A stretch of DNA of 36,407 bases from IMG/VR virus record IMGVR_UViG_3300033559_000006, positions 1 to 36,407 of that record; one strand, written 5' to 3'. The stretch comes from a virus (Duplodnaviria > Caudoviricetes). Below the pieces are notes generated by a model. That model worked only from the letters and a program-made list of their open reading frames with translations, did no database searches and was not told the DNA's origin. This document shows positions 36,407-36,407 of the stretch, piece by piece. Position numbers and translations under genes: made by a program. The first letter of the stretch is position 1. Each line of letters begins with the position of its first letter.

Positions 36407-36407
36407 A

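Noticed and set aside
1-36407. Stop-codon reassignment
   Set aside because: Core genes are full length in code 11; TAG (gp13, gp4), TGA (gp16, gp26) and TAA all end genes at expected positions.
1-36407. tRNA or structured ncRNA genes
   Set aside because: Intergenic gaps are mostly under 100 nt and explained by promoters/terminators; no cloverleaf seen by eye, though no covariance search was run.

Overview
A 36.4 kb segment of a large, divergent T4-like myovirus, almost all on the minus strand and in the standard genetic code. In transcription order (right to left): a partial acidic repeat-rich protein, a gp61.1-like protein, a Holliday-junction-resolvase-like nuclease, four small putative head-internal proteins, RNase H, gp4 (the only plus-strand gene), a gp2-like protein, then portal, gp67-like, prohead protease, scaffold and major capsid. 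Next come neck genes 13/14/15 interleaved with two AT-rich free-standing endonucleases, the small and large terminase, sheath, two tail-tube paralogues, gp26/gp51-like chaperones, tape measure, gp48-, gp53- and hub-like baseplate genes, gp3, and a poly-serine gene running off the left edge that the ORF track omits. T4 late promoters (TATAAATA), sigma70-type -10 boxes and three intrinsic terminators are visible. Most notable: (1) a near-identical 22-codon leader ending in a prohead-protease-type site, fused to two unrelated payloads, suggesting a modular capsid-targeting/cargo system; (2) a T8 slippery site joining gp26-like to gp51-like just before the tape measure; (3) a +1 frame break in the first codons of gp15; (4) apparently leaderless transcripts. 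All product calls come from motif recognition and synteny; no database search was run.
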